Shown here: positions 38,655 through 51,641 of the stretch, one piece after another
Layout: every line of letters starts with the position of its first letter
How positions within the stretch are numbered: position 1 is the stretch's first letter
Origin: Mizuhopecten yessoensis
Lineage: Eukaryota
Assembly (NCBI RefSeq): GCF_002113885.1
Contig: NW_018406194.1
Span: 7,718-71,717 of the forward strand
Length of the DNA: 64,000 nucleotides
Direction: 5' to 3'
The notes under the pieces: model-generated
Told to the model about the DNA's origin: nothing
Seen by the model: only the letters and a program-made list of their open reading frames with translations
Databases searched by the model: none
Program-made: the position numbers and the translations under genes

Positions 38655-40165
38655 GTCGGGTGGCGCTGTGGATAATGCAATCGCCTTTCATCAAGGCGGC
38701 TGGGGTTATAACAAGAGGCCCATGGGCCTTAACGGTCACCTGATATATTTATACAGAGAGTTGATTTTGTTTTTAACATGAACAGAAATATTATTCATAG
38801 TGACAAAAAACAATAAAACCACCTTACTCAATATCTAGCATACAGATTTCAGACTAAAAAGGATTTGAAACTAGCACCTACAGCCCTTGGGGGTAGGGCT
38901 GGCTCAAAATTTTCAAAGTATCAAACTGTCAATTCAAGGTTATAATTCCAATCAAGTTATTAACATGTAATATTCAAAGTATCATTTGTCATTATAAACC
39001 ATAATAAATTTTGCCCCCCCCCNNNNNNNNNNNNNNNNNNNNNNNNNNNNNNNNNNNNNNNNNNNNNNNNNNNNNNNNNNNNNNNNNNNNNNNNNNNNNN
39101 NNNNNNNNNNNNNNNNNNNNNNNNNNNNNNNNNNNNNNNNNNNNNNNNNNNNNNNNNNNNNNNNNNNNNNNNNNNNNNNNNNNNNNNNNNNNNNNNNNNN
39201 NNNNNNNNNNNNNNNNNNNNNNNNNNNNNNNNNNNNNNNNNNNNNNNNNNNNNNNNNNNNNNNNNNNNNNNNNNNNNNNNNNNNNNNNNNNNNNNNNNNN
39301 NNNNNNNNNNNNNNNNNNNNNNNNNNNNNNNNNNNNNNNNNNNNNNNNNNNNNNNNNNNNNNNNNNNNNNNNNNNNNNNNNNNNNNNNNNNNNNNNNNNN
39401 NNNNNNNNNNNNNNNNNNNNNNNNNNNNNNNNNNNNNNNNNNNNNNNNNNNNNNNNNNNNNNNNNNNNNNNNNNNNNNNNNNNNNNNNNNNNNNNNNNNN
39501 NNNNNNNNNNNNNNNNNNNNNNNNNNNNNNNNNNNNNNNNNNNNNNNNNNNNNNNNNNNNNNNNNNNNNNNNNNNNNNNNNNNNNNNNNNNNNNNNNNNN
39601 NNNNNNNNNNNNNNNNNNNNNNNNNNNNNNNNNNNNNNNNNNNNNNNNNNNNNNNNNNNNNNNNNNNNNNNNNNNNNNNNNNNNNNNNNNNNNNNNNNNN
39701 NNNNNNNNNNNNNNNNNNNNNNNNNNNNNNNNNNNNNNNNNNNNNNNNNNNNNNNNNNNNNNNNNNNNNNNNNNNNNNNNNNNNNNNNNNNNNNNNNNNN
39801 NNNNNNNNNNNNNGACCCTTTTTGGCCCCGCCCCTCAGGCCCCTGGGGGCTTAGGACTAAACCGGCAACTATTTTTGTTGACCTTTGTCCATGGAAGGTC
39901 CCTGCAAAATTTCATTGAAATTGGTTCAGGGGTTTTGGAGAAGAAGTCGAAAATGTAAATTGTTTACGGACGGACGACGGACGGCGGACGACGACGGACA
40001 AAAGGCGATCGCAATAGGTCACTTGAGACTTTGTCTCAGGTGACCTAATAAAAAATCGGACGTGAACAAGTATGGGGTAACCTGTCTGACCACTGGGTTT
40101 TCTCCGGGTACTCCAGTTTCCTCCCACATTGAGACTCCACAAGTGCTAACGTCTGGGCCAAAAAA
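38655..40165 (+). mobile_element. tRNA-derived V-domain SINE split by a Helentron-type insertion (head 38655-38707, body ~40055-40165)
   Basis: Head GGGTGGCGCTGTGGATAATGCAATCGCCTTTCATCAAGGCGGCTGGGGTT; body TCGGACGTGAA...GGGTTTTCTCCGGGTACTCCAGTTTCCTCCCACA. Confidence 0.75.
38710..40048 (-). mobile_element. Non-autonomous Helentron-type element (HINE), family A copy 1; contains assembly gap 39023-39813
   Basis: Ends AACAAGAGGCCCATGGGCCTTAACGGTCACCTGA and AGGTCACTTGAGAC..GTCTCAGGTGACCTAA; (GGAC)n microsatellite; near-identical to 47991-48930. Confidence 0.85.
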
Positions 40166-41002
40166 AAAGACTATGATATAATTGTTGTAAAACATATAAA
40201 ATTTATACTAATACCACAAAATTACAGTGAAAACAAATCTTTTTCACATCAGAGAAGCAACACAAAAGCATATCGACATTTTGTGAAAACCTTGATACAC
40301 AAGTTCAAACCTTTGAAAACACTTTGAAAAGAAATACTAACCGGAAAAACCAAAACTAAAACTCAATGCTACAGATTGGGACGACAGTAAACAGCTCCAT
40401 TATTGAACCCTTTCACCGCCATTGTTGGACTATATGTTGGTTGACACCCATATATGTGCACGTCCACTTAACCCTAACACGTCACAATTAAAAATGACAT
40501 GAAATGTATCATGACGGCATTTATGTTGATACGAAAATTTCTGACAAGTCAACCAACACTGCAGCCCTGTAAAGTTAAAGTGAAAGGATTATGGTGATCG
40601 CGAGCCTCACATATTTTCCATCAGGTGTACAGGTATCATAATCTCTAATAAGCTCCTGCTAAACTTGTTTTATAACAGTCAAAAATTGTTATTCAATTAA
40701 AAACCTGTGCAGACATAAATTAATTCAATGCAAAATACATAAAGTGTTTACTTATAGGTGTGACCATCATCTACAAAATATGTTATAAGGGGAAAGATAC
40801 ATGACCGTATATAGTAATCCATTCACATGTAAAATACATTATTGACTTGTTTGTAAACATTTAATTACTGATCAAACTTTTTTGAAAACATATTTCATTT
40901 TTTAACCTTTTGGGACTTAATAACCACGAATGGACTTTTAATGAGACTATAGAACTTGGTCTGTTTAACTGATGTTTTTTCAAACATGTCATACTCACGT
41001 GT

Positions 41003-41107
41003 GTAACACACAGGTAAACATACTTACATGATCAGTGACAACACACAGGTAAACATATTTACATGATCAGTGACAACACACAGGTAAACATATTTACATG
41101 ATCAGTG
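41003..41107. repeat. 35-bp tandem repeat x3 (ACACACAGGTAAACATATTTACATGATCAGTGACA)
   Basis: Direct periodicity. Confidence 0.9.
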
Positions 41108-43088
41108 TATTGTCTGTAGCTAGCATGTGCTGCATCAGTGTAATATTGGATCAAGCGACATTGAATGGTCGTTACACGAAAAAATATATGTACATAAGTA
41201 ATTTATTACTGGAAAATTATACAGCTTTTAGCACTATTGTATCACTAAATTTACATAAAATATTTAAGAATAAATTAAACTTGTATACAAACCATATAGG
41301 ACACTCACTACTCAGATATGTACAGGTACCGTACACACATCAAGTGTACACCACATAGACATCTGGTGGTTACAACAGCAGCTTATATACATGTGTCATC
41401 GTTATATAATAACATTACCGTTAATAATGTATTACGGTAGATCTACCTTCTAATGCGTCAAAAGCTATAACATGTCATTGAACTAAAATCTTATGGACGT
41501 TCATGAAGTAGTTTGAAATAATATGCAGTTTGAATATCGAGTTCTGTAAGTGTGCCGATTAATACGGTTCTGTAGTGACCAGCCTTCTGTAGTTTACATT
41601 AAGACTTCTAGCAATGAGCCACAACTCAATTCCACGTACATGCACATGCCGAGAATCAATCAGACTGGCAATCTGCTTGAAAGAGCATGTGACCTAACCA
41701 CTAGAAAATCTGCCAACACCATTACAGGGATAGGTAAATCGTACCAATATGTACTGGAAATTACATTTAAAATTGTTTCACGGCGACACACATTCTGCAC
41801 CTTCTATTACAGGAACTTATTCAAAAACTCTCAAAATGTGTATTTTATTTCAAAATGTTCGTCTAATACACTCAGCAGCCTTAAACAGTAGACAGAACAT
41901 AGGAATAAAATTACAGCCTTTATTCAGTCAAAGATTCCAGCACATACAAAGGAGGGATGTTCAACGTACCCCACTCAACGGAAATGGACCTAGGTAACGC
42001 AGCACGACATCACAATGTACAGTTACGTATACAGTTACGTATACAGATACGTATAATAACAGAACAGCATCCCTTTATATAAACTAGAGTGCTTTTACTC
42101 TCGTATGTGAAATATTTAGTGATCGAAGATTAAATATTTTAAGTGAAAGTAACCTCTTCGATAAAATGTAAAATCTGATGATCACACCGTCTGTCACCTC
42201 TTTTTACCAGTAGTCTTGTCCATAACATGAACATAGAAAGCTGACATAGTGTATTTTCAAGTGAAACATACGGCTTTCTAGATGTATATGAATGTTATGG
42301 GAGAAAAAGGACCCCAAACTCGTGATGGTAGTATAGGTTATCATGTTTATCTAACTCTCGTTAGTTAATTTTCAAATTGTAAAAGACACTCAGTAAACCT
42401 TGTGTCTTTATATAATTTGAAAATTAACTAACTCGCGTTAGATAAACATGATGACCAACCATCACTCGTTGGGGAACGTCTATACATAAAGTAGCTGATG
42501 TTCCAGGAATGTGTTCGGACTAACATATACTCCTTGGTACACCAGTAACCTGACCAAACATACAAATGAACAACATTGTAAATAATTCTGTCAAAGAAAG
42601 AAAATACTAAGTATAACATGAAACACCCAAATCATTAAGTGACTAGAAAATGTAACTTATATTGGTGTAAGAAAAACAAAGAGTTTGGTCCAGCTTATTT
42701 TTCTTATCATTTAAAAACAGGGTTAGAAATGTTTGAGATAGACAATGAATGACATTCTATTTATAGATAATTATGGATGTGAGAATGCAATACTCTCAAC
42801 AATTTAACAACATCTCTGGACTTTTACATATACTAGCTACTTTGGGAACTGTGGAAATGTATGGTCCAGTTCAGCTTATTGTGATATAGTGATGATTTCA
42901 ACGCATACATGTGTATAGACACATGAATACAATATAAAACCTAGCTACACTACCGCGTAAATCCGTGTGAAATCTTGCTAAACCATGTGCAGCTTTCTTT
43001 CTTAGTTAGAAAGTAAAGTGTTCAGATTAAAAAAATAGCCCATTTACTTTAATTGTGTCCAATTGTTTACCATTTCTGGTTTAAAAAA

Positions 43089-44150
43089 AGACAAGAGGCC
43101 CAATGGGCCTTAACTGCTCACCTCGTATTATTCTTACACCAGTACCCTTCAAAGTGGGCTACTATCCAAATAGGCTAAATTAAGCAACAGGCCAAATATC
43201 AACATCTTGGGCCAATTGGTTATCAGAGAAGAAGTTATTGCAAAAATTGGTAGCCTTAATTCATCCTTGTAGGCTATTGGCCTATTACCAGCACCCTCCA
43301 GGGTGCTTTAGTTATTCAGAAGAGGTTGTTTGAATATTTTTCAATAGTTTAATATAAAATTTATTTATTTTACAACAATTCTGAAACAAGATATTTTAAC
43401 TTGTATTAATCACTGTTGTTGGCCCCGATGTATGAGCGGGGGTCTTCATCTGGGATGAAACTAGAGTACCCCAAGAAAACCTACATGGTTGGGCAGGTGA
43501 CCCCATATGTTTTCAAGTCTGATCGGGGAATCCAACCCTCGCAGCCTAGGTGAACTGAAATCTGGAAAGTTGAATGAGGTTAATCTTTGACATAAGTAAT
43601 AGCCCCCGCTACCCACAAACAGCCCCCACAAGCAGCCCCCTCTACCCACAAGGAACTAGCAAAATATCCCGAGTCTATGCTTTATATTTAATGATCCTTT
43701 AGAGGCCAGATAATGTTTGAACAGATTTGACCTCTGCAACCGTGCCAATCGATCAAAGTAATGAATGTGAGCACACCACTCAGCTGTTGGACAAATATAA
43801 ATACAGGCCTCATTGCTCTTCTGGAGGGATCATTTGACTTTTAACAACGGGTCGATGTTATTCACTTAACATTAAACCTTTCTATATTTTTCTCTACAAA
43901 ATATGACAAATTTCATTGAGCTGCTGTTCTGATGAGGTATAAGTTTGAAAATAATATTTAATTTTTGTGACCTATGAAGTAGGTTATGGTTATTTTTTAT
44001 TACCCATACGTAGCCCTAAATGCATCCTAGCTAGCAAGCTATAGGCCAAAAATCATGATCTAGGCTTAGGGGATATTTAGACAAATCATTTCATTGCCAA
44101 TGGACGGATAGACACACATCATAGCATGACTTTTTGATATTTTTAGTGCA
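43089..44150 (-). mobile_element. Degenerate HINE-type element with a nested V-SINE (~43420-43553, minus strand)
   Basis: ACAAGAGGCCCAATGGGCCTTAACTGCTCACCT terminus; SINE core GAAACTAGAGTACCCCAAGAAAACC. Right boundary approximate. Confidence 0.55.
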
Positions 44151-45463
44151 GCTTGGCATGACTCGTTCGACTTCCATAGAAGAAAATTCAGTTATGAGTT
44201 TTTTTGCAAGAAATTCATATTGCCAAGGTGTGAAAACTCCATACAGTTGTAATGTTTCAGATCTGTCTGATGATGTGTTTGTTATCCACTACAATTCATA
44301 CAGTAATAATGTCTCACATATACAAACTTCACAGGTGTTCTCGCAATCGTCACTCCACACTGCTTCACTCCATGTGCTTTAGATTTAATTTTGACCTAAA
44401 GTACTACTTTTTAAAATAACATAAGAAAGTATGCAAACCCCCCCAAATAAGCAGTATTCCATCCTCAAAACAGAGGATTATAGATTTTAAAAACAAATTC
44501 ATAATTTAAAACAATAGCTATTCCTATCTAAGTTTCATTCTGAACTCCTCCAATTTTAAGTCATTTTATTTGATGAGTGTTTATGGGTGCTACATGTAGG
44601 TTTACTTTGTGTAAGCAAAACTTAAGAACGCTGAGTGACTTTCACTGGTGAGAATATAACAATAACTATATGTTCACAACTTAGCTGTACATGTATGTGC
44701 CCTTTCTATAACATTATATCACAAAAACTTGAAAGGAATACTTTATTTGCTGTTTATAACCGAAAACAAACATTCCTTAACATTGTTTGTACTATTTTGT
44801 GTCCAACAAAATCCTAAGTACAGGAGACAATTCAAGTACATCTTATTGTGGACAAATCGAGGTTGTCTTTGATTTCTACATGATAACTACAAACAAGAGA
44901 TCCCAGAAGGATCTTGGCGCCCACCATGAAAGGATCTTTATCAGGGTTACAAAAGAGGACCTTTTACCTTCTTTGCCCTTCATTTCCTTCCTGGTACTAT
45001 TGCCCAGTCCCGTGTTGTGATTCCTGAACGAAAATCTTGTATATAACCTTAAACCTCGTAATGTTTTATGTTTTTTGCCACTATGACAAATGTTACTGTA
45101 TCAGAACAGCAAGAATATGCAAAATGTTAAAAGTTTGTAACTTTTACAGATTTAGAGGTGCTGTCAATGAGGGTTCTCTTTAGGGTAAGGAAAGAGTTTA
45201 CAAATCTAAACTGTTAAAACCCAAATTGGCCACCTGTCAGCCATTTCATTTTTTCAATCAGTCTCAAAAGGAAACTTGCAAAGCTATAGACCAAGGGGAA
45301 CCTACATATCAAATTTGAGAAGGATCTCTTGGGTGCTTACTGAGCAATAGAGATAACAAACCTTATAAATTACCTAATAAAATCCAACATGGCAACATAT
45401 CGGTCATTTTGTTTATTGTTTACTTGCATGTCAAATGTGAGAAAAATTCCTAATGTTACCTTC

Positions 45464-45805
45464 TAAGAAATAGTGATAAAAAATCTCTGCAGTACTTTAT
45501 GAGAAATAGCGATAATGAATTCCTACAGTACTTTATGAGAAATAGCGATAACAAATCCCTACAATACTTTATGAGAAATAGCGATAATGAATCCCTACAG
45601 TACTTTATGAGAAATAGCGATAATGAATCTCTACAGTACTTCATGAGAAATAGCGATAATGAATCCCTACAGTACTTCATGAGAAATAGCGATAATGAAT
45701 CTCTACAGTACTTCATGAGAAATAGTGATAATGAATCCCTTCAGTACTTCATGAGAAATAGCGATAATGAATCTCTACAGTACTTAATGAGAAATAGCGA
45801 TAACA
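45464..45805. repeat. 36-bp minisatellite (ATGAGAAATAGCGATAATGAATCCCTACAGTACTTC), ~9.5 copies, inside a degenerate HINE-like element (~45215-45885)
   Basis: Direct periodicity; flanks carry CCAACATGGC and GGACAAAGGCGATTTGAATAGCCC HINE-like motifs. Confidence 0.92.
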
Positions 45806-47592
45806 AGAATTGTTTAAGGATGAACAACGGACCACGGACAAAGGCGATTTGAATAGCCCTTCATCTGATGATGGTGGACTAAAAGCCGAGTTGGGCTGTT
45901 ATGGCCGATACTAAATTAGACTATTACATGAGACAACTTATCACAAAGGTCTGGAATCTACTTCATCTAAAGATACGTAAATATATATAACAAAATTGAC
46001 ATATACAGTAAAAGTGGAAATTTTTGCAAAGGGAAATGTTTGTGTTTTGACTCTTTGAAAATCCTTGAAAGATCTGTATACAAGCAGCTAGAAACCTTTT
46101 TGAAATCTAATAATTTGAAATAATTTGAATAATACGATCTACAGTCAGGCCAAAACTTGACTGCAGGACAAGAATTATTACTGTAAACGTGGAATATTAT
46201 GCGCGGGGGTAATTTACGCTTATTACGCGGAGCTGGATCGTATTAGTGTACATACAGAGCTTCAAAACCTCAACATGCCTGTTGTTAAGTTGAGAGTAAA
46301 ACAATTCAAACTCAATCATGTCTTCAATATCGGCCACAATAAATGTCCTTCCTATTCATTTTTTTTCTCAATCAAAGACTGTGTGTATTATAAAAGATTG
46401 AGTCTGATGAATTTTAGAACCAACAGTATGAAAGGGCAAGAATCCTCAGCTTCCTTCGGTAGTCCATCAAAACACTGGACTTCATCTTGATTTATACATT
46501 ATTTTCAAAGACAGAAGCATCAGCTGATATCTTAACATACCATATGAAGTCCATTAATTTAATGGTCAAATAAAATTATATATCAAATGCAACCAATCAA
46601 ATGGTTTACCCAAACAAAACTACCACTAAAGAAACTGAACAAAACATCCATGTTTGATGACTAATTGTCATTAGGGCTATTCCATTTATATTATATACCC
46701 AAACCAAAGTTGTCAAATTTAAAAAAAGGCCACTATCAACATATGAATGATTTTTGTTCTCCCTATAAACATCCAAGAACATAGTTAAAGGGATTTCTAA
46801 AAGCATATTACATGGAAAGGAAGTTAAACTTTTGGCAAATTTAATAGGTCTGTTTTTTCAACATTGATGCACCCCTGTACAGATGTCAGGGTTGTCTGCC
46901 AAGTATATAAAAGTAGGTTACCCTACTTCCAAAGTTATAATGAAGCAACAATGTTCCAAAGTACAAAAGTTTGGGTTGAGGAATTTTTAGCAGGAATGAA
47001 AAAGTACTACTTTCTAAATACTTCTAAAAATTAATCCCAAAACAAATCTAATTAATAAGGTGCACAAACTTTGCGTATTAATACATTATGCAAATAGGTA
47101 CAATTCAAAAAAATACCTTCAGTTTGTAAATCATTATTTATAACAATACAGACTGAAACATGACAAGATTATATCAACTTTAAATATAAATATAAAAGGT
47201 ATACGTTTATATTGAAAGTTGATATAATCTTGTCCATTTTTTACATCTGAAATATTTATGAAATGTTTCTAAAATTGTGTATTTTAGAAGCATGTGACCA
47301 GCACCAGTTAAGATATCTTTTAAGATATAACCTGGAACAAACGTTATTTATTTTGATCTGGCAGGTTGGGGTATATATTTAAATGGAATAGCCTTTATAT
47401 TTTAACCTAGAAGAGGAGTGTCATTTCCCCACAGGAGTTTCCCAGATTGGTCATTGGTATCTCCATACCGACGAAGCATTCAGCTTCGTCCCCCGTTTCT
47501 GATTCAGAAGCTTCCGCGTGTCCAGGGATTGGTGGTTGGTTGATTTGTCTGAGGCTGGTGAGGATGTGGATGAAGTAGATTTCCAGGTAGAG

Positions 47593-47726
47593 TCATAAGT
47601 CTGGGAAGCGCTTGGGGTCCTCAACATACTCGGGTGGTATGTAGAACAAACTGTCCGGTAGCTCCTCCTTCCACTCAAACGAGTTGAATGTCACTCGAGC
47701 CGTTACTGTTGGAAACACTGGGATTT
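47593..47726 (-). CDS. ANKRD13C: ANKRD13C terminal coding exon (EIPVFPTVTARVTFNSFEWKEELPDSLFYIPPEYVEDPKRFPDL*)
   Basis: ttgtag| acceptor, phase 1; matches the vertebrate ANKRD13C C-terminus IPVFPTITATVTF...EDPSRFPDL; TGA at 47593-47595. Confidence 0.93.
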
Positions 47727-47990
47727 CTACAAAAACAACAACAGAAACTTGAGTGGGATAAAGAGACATTCATGTCGCTATATAGCAGATTCAAATCCAA
47801 CTCTCCATTAATATAGCAGTCAAATGGTTTTGAAAAACTGCATGGGACACCAATAGTGTTCCATCATCAGACCAAGGCAACTTTGTTTTCCTACAATTAC
47901 TTGATATACAATGTACTATCTGCACTGATAGTGGTGTCATTTGGTGGCGGAAGCTATCAAATTAATGAAATAAACAACTTTCAGAAAAGT

Positions 47991-48930
47991 AACAAGAGGC
48001 CCATGGGGCCTTAACGGTCACCTGATATATTTATACAGAGAGTTGATTTTTGTTTTTAACATGAACAGAAATATTATTCAAAGTGACAAAAAACAATAAA
48101 ACCACCTTATTCAATATCTAGCATGCAGATTTAAGACTGAAAAGTATTTGAAACTAGCACCTCTGATTCTAAACAAGGAAAATGAAGAAATTTTGTTTTA
48201 GCACACAGACTCCATTGGGCCCCACCCTACAGCCCTTGGGGGTAGGNNNNNNNNNNNNNNNNNNNNNNNNNNNNNNNNNNNNNNNNNNNNNNNNNNNNNN
48301 NNNNNNNNNNNNNNNNNNNNNNNNNNNNNNNCACCTTAAGACCCTTCCATCTATGAAGAGTATTTGATTCTACCATATCTGGGTCTTGAGAAGAAGATTT
48401 TTGAAATTTCAGTCAATTCAACCCTTTTTGGCCCCTCCCATCAGCCCCAGGGGGTCAGTCAGGGCTGATATGTGCATACCATCAAACTGCTATCCAATAC
48501 AGATAATGCTTACCCAAATTAAATTACTTCCAATTAAACAAATGTTAGTCCAAAATGTGATTTCCCTATATAAACTATAGTAAAGTTTACCCCCTCCCCA
48601 GGGGGAAACGTGAGACCCCAGGGTCAAGAAATTCACAATTTTAGTAAAGCACCTTAAGACCCTTCTATCTATGAAGCAATTTTGATTCTACCATATCTGG
48701 ATCTTGAGAAGAAGATTTTTGAAATTTCAGTCAATTCCACCCTTTTTGGCCCCGCCCCTCAGGCCCCTGAGGGCTGGGGACCATATAATTCACAATCTTA
48801 GTTGACCTTTGGCTATGGAAGGTTTCTGCAAAATTTCATTGAAATTGGTTCAGGGGTTTTGGCGAAGAAGTTGAAAATGTAAATTGTTTACGGACGCACG
48901 ACGGACGCCGCCGGACAAAAGGCGATCGCA
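47991..48930 (-). mobile_element. HINE family A copy 2 (gap 48247-48331) with ~160/318-bp internal repeats
   Basis: Same terminus and body as 38710-40048; CACCTTAAGACCCTTC recurs at 48332 and 48650. Confidence 0.85.
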
Positions 48931-48943
48931 AAATCTAAAAGAG

Positions 48944-50170
48944 AACAAGAAGCCCAAAGGGCCTGTATTGCTCACCTGGAAAATAAAGCAACCATGGGAA
49001 AATATTTTCATTACATAAAATCCTGCCAATGGTACAGAGGAAGAAAGATTTTAAGGATTTAAACCTCAAATTTCCCTATTGAGCCCTGCAGTTTTCAGCA
49101 CCCAGAGGGGCCTCACCCTTTGTTTATACAAAATTTAGTCCCCTTTGCCCAAGGATGCTTCAAGCCAAATTAGGTTAAAATCCCTGAACTCCTACCTTAT
49201 AACTTCGCAACTCTGCCCACAGGGGCTCCAAACGCATCGTTTATACAAAACTGAGTCAGCTTGGCCCAAGCATGCTCCAGACAAAACTGAGTCACCTTGG
49301 CCCAAGCATGCTCCAGACAAAATTGGGATGAAATCCCCTAATCCCTATGGTAGAAGAAGGATACTCAAGGTTTTACCTCTATTTCCCCTTTTCGGAACCC
49401 ACCCCTCTGTCCTGAGGGGGCCAGACCCACCGTTTATACAACATTGAATCCCCTTGGCCCATGGATGCTCCAGACCAAATTGTAATGAAATCCCTTATCT
49501 CTATGGTAAAAGTCTTGCCATTTGTCACGATATGACCAAAAGACAATGTTCCAAGGGGTGGGGCAAAACCCCAAGGTTAATCATGGGACAATGTTCCAGG
49601 GGTGGGTCAAAACCCCAGGGTCAATCATGGGACAATGTTCCCAGGGATTGGGTAAGACCGCAGAGTTAATCATATGACCATATTTTTATTGAAAACTTCA
49701 TGCTCTGCAGTTGTATGCTGTTTCAATTTTATGACACGGTGAGTAGGGAGGGGGAGTTAGCCCCTTCTTTTGTACATTTTTTGTTATTATCACATTGGAA
49801 CGCTTTCCAAAACATATGACCGATATCCATGGCAGTTCCTCCTGGGAGGTTGCTTTAAGCACTATGGCCAATATACCACCCGGCTTGTGTCCCTACCCTC
49901 AGCCTCCTGGTGAGCTGGTAACCCTTTCATTTGTATAATGTTTGCTTTAAGCAATATGGCCAATATACCACCATGCTTGTGTCCCTACCCTCAGCCTCCT
50001 GGTGAGGTAACCCTTTCATTTGTATGTTTAATCACTAACAGCTTATCCAATTAAATTGGGTCAAACATTGGTGGAGAAGCAGAAATTGTTTAAGGAATAA
50101 TTGACAGACAGACCACAAATGCTGATGCAAGACATAAGCTCATAACTCTCTGACCAGCTGGTAATATACT
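48944..50170 (-). mobile_element. Second HINE-type element abutting copy 2; contains a ~90-bp direct duplication (49850-50025)
   Basis: AACAAGAAGCCCAAAGGGCCTGTATTGCTCACCTG terminus, degenerate internal repeats, GACAGACAGAC near the other end. Confidence 0.65.
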
Positions 50171-50331
50171 GGTAAGCTGAAAAACATGTGTCATTGCCTA
50201 AGTAAAAAAAAACAGATTGTATTTGGCCTGGGAAGTTTTTAAACTTCTGTTCAGTAAAAAGAATATCAGTAAAATATGAACCTGAAAATCACAACAGATA
50301 TATTACAAAATTTGTATATTTTATTGATTAT

Positions 50332-51641
50332 TGTACTGTACCTATTTTAGTAATTACTGTACCTATTTTAGAACCTATTTTGGTAATTACAGTACCTATT
50401 TTGGTAATTACTGTACCTATTTTGGTAATTATTGTTACTATTTTGGTAATTACAGTACCTATTTTGGTAATTACTGTACCTATTTTGGTAATTACTGTTC
50501 CTATTTTGGTAATTGCTGTACCTGTTTTGGTAATTACTGTTCCTATTTTGGTAATTGCTGTACCTGTTTTGGTAATTACTGTTCCTATTTTGGTAATTGC
50601 TGTACCTATTTTGGTAATTACTGTACCTGTTTTGGTAATTACTGTTCCTATTTTGGTAATTACTGTACCTATTTTGGTAATTACTGTACCTATTTTGGTA
50701 ATTACTGTACCTATTTTGGTAATTACTGTACCTATTTTGGTAATTACTGTACCTATTTTGGTAATTACTGTACCTATTTTGGTAATTACTGTACCTATTT
50801 TGGTAATTACTGTACCTATTTTGGTAATTACTGTACCTATTTTGGTAATTACTGTACCTATTTTGGTAATTACTGTACCTATTTTGGTAATTACTGTACC
50901 TATTTTGGTAATTACTGTACCTATTTTGGTAATTACTGTACCTATTTTGGTAATTACTGTACCTATTTTGGTAATTACTGTACCTATTTTGGTAATTACT
51001 GTACCTATTTTGGTAATTACTGTACCTATTTTGGTAATTACTGTACCTATTTTGGTAATTACTGTACCTATTTTGGTAATTACTGTACCTATTTTGGTAA
51101 TTACTGTACCTATTTTGGTAATTGCTGTACCTATTTTGGTAATTACTGTACCTGTTTTGGTAATTACTGTTCCTATTTTGGTAATTACTGTACCTATTTT
51201 GGTAATTACTGTACCTATTTTGGTAATTACTGTACCTATTTTGGTAATTACTGTACCTATTTTGGTAATTACTGTACCTATTTTGGTAATTACTGTACCT
51301 ATTTTGGTAATTACTGTACCTATTTTGGTAATTACTGTACCTATTTTGGTAATTACTGTACCTATTTTGGTAATTACTGTACCTATTTTGGTAATTACTG
51401 TACCTGTTTTGGTAATTACTGTACCTATTTTGGTAATTACTGTACCTATTTTAGTAATTACTGTACCTATTTTGGTAATTACTGTACCTATTTTGGTAAT
51501 TACTGTACCTATTTTAGTAATTACTGTACCTATTTTAGTAATTACTGTACCTATTTTGGTAATTACTGTACCTATTTTGGTAATTACTGTACCTATTTTA
51601 GTAATTACTGTACCTATTTTAGTAATTACTGTACCTATTTT
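50332..51641. repeat. 21-bp minisatellite, ~62 copies, made of the ANKRD13C exon/intron junction (minus strand AAAATAG|GTACAGTAATTACC)
   Basis: The array begins inside the exon end at 51641. Confidence 0.97.

Noticed and set aside
38655-38707. tRNA gene
   Set aside because: tRNA-like SINE head only; no cloverleaf, and it continues into a V-SINE body
39011-39958. 315-aa ORF (also 54331-55353 and 48182-48367)
   Set aside because: Runs of N from assembly gaps
43925-43960. CTGATGAG...GAAA possible hammerhead
   Set aside because: No stem II pairing and no compatible stems I/III
45860-45910. CTGATGA possible hammerhead
   Set aside because: No downstream GAAA core; it is part of a HINE terminal palindrome
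47593-47595. Selenocysteine recoding of the ANKRD13C TGA
   Set aside because: It coincides with the conserved protein end and I found no convincing SECIS
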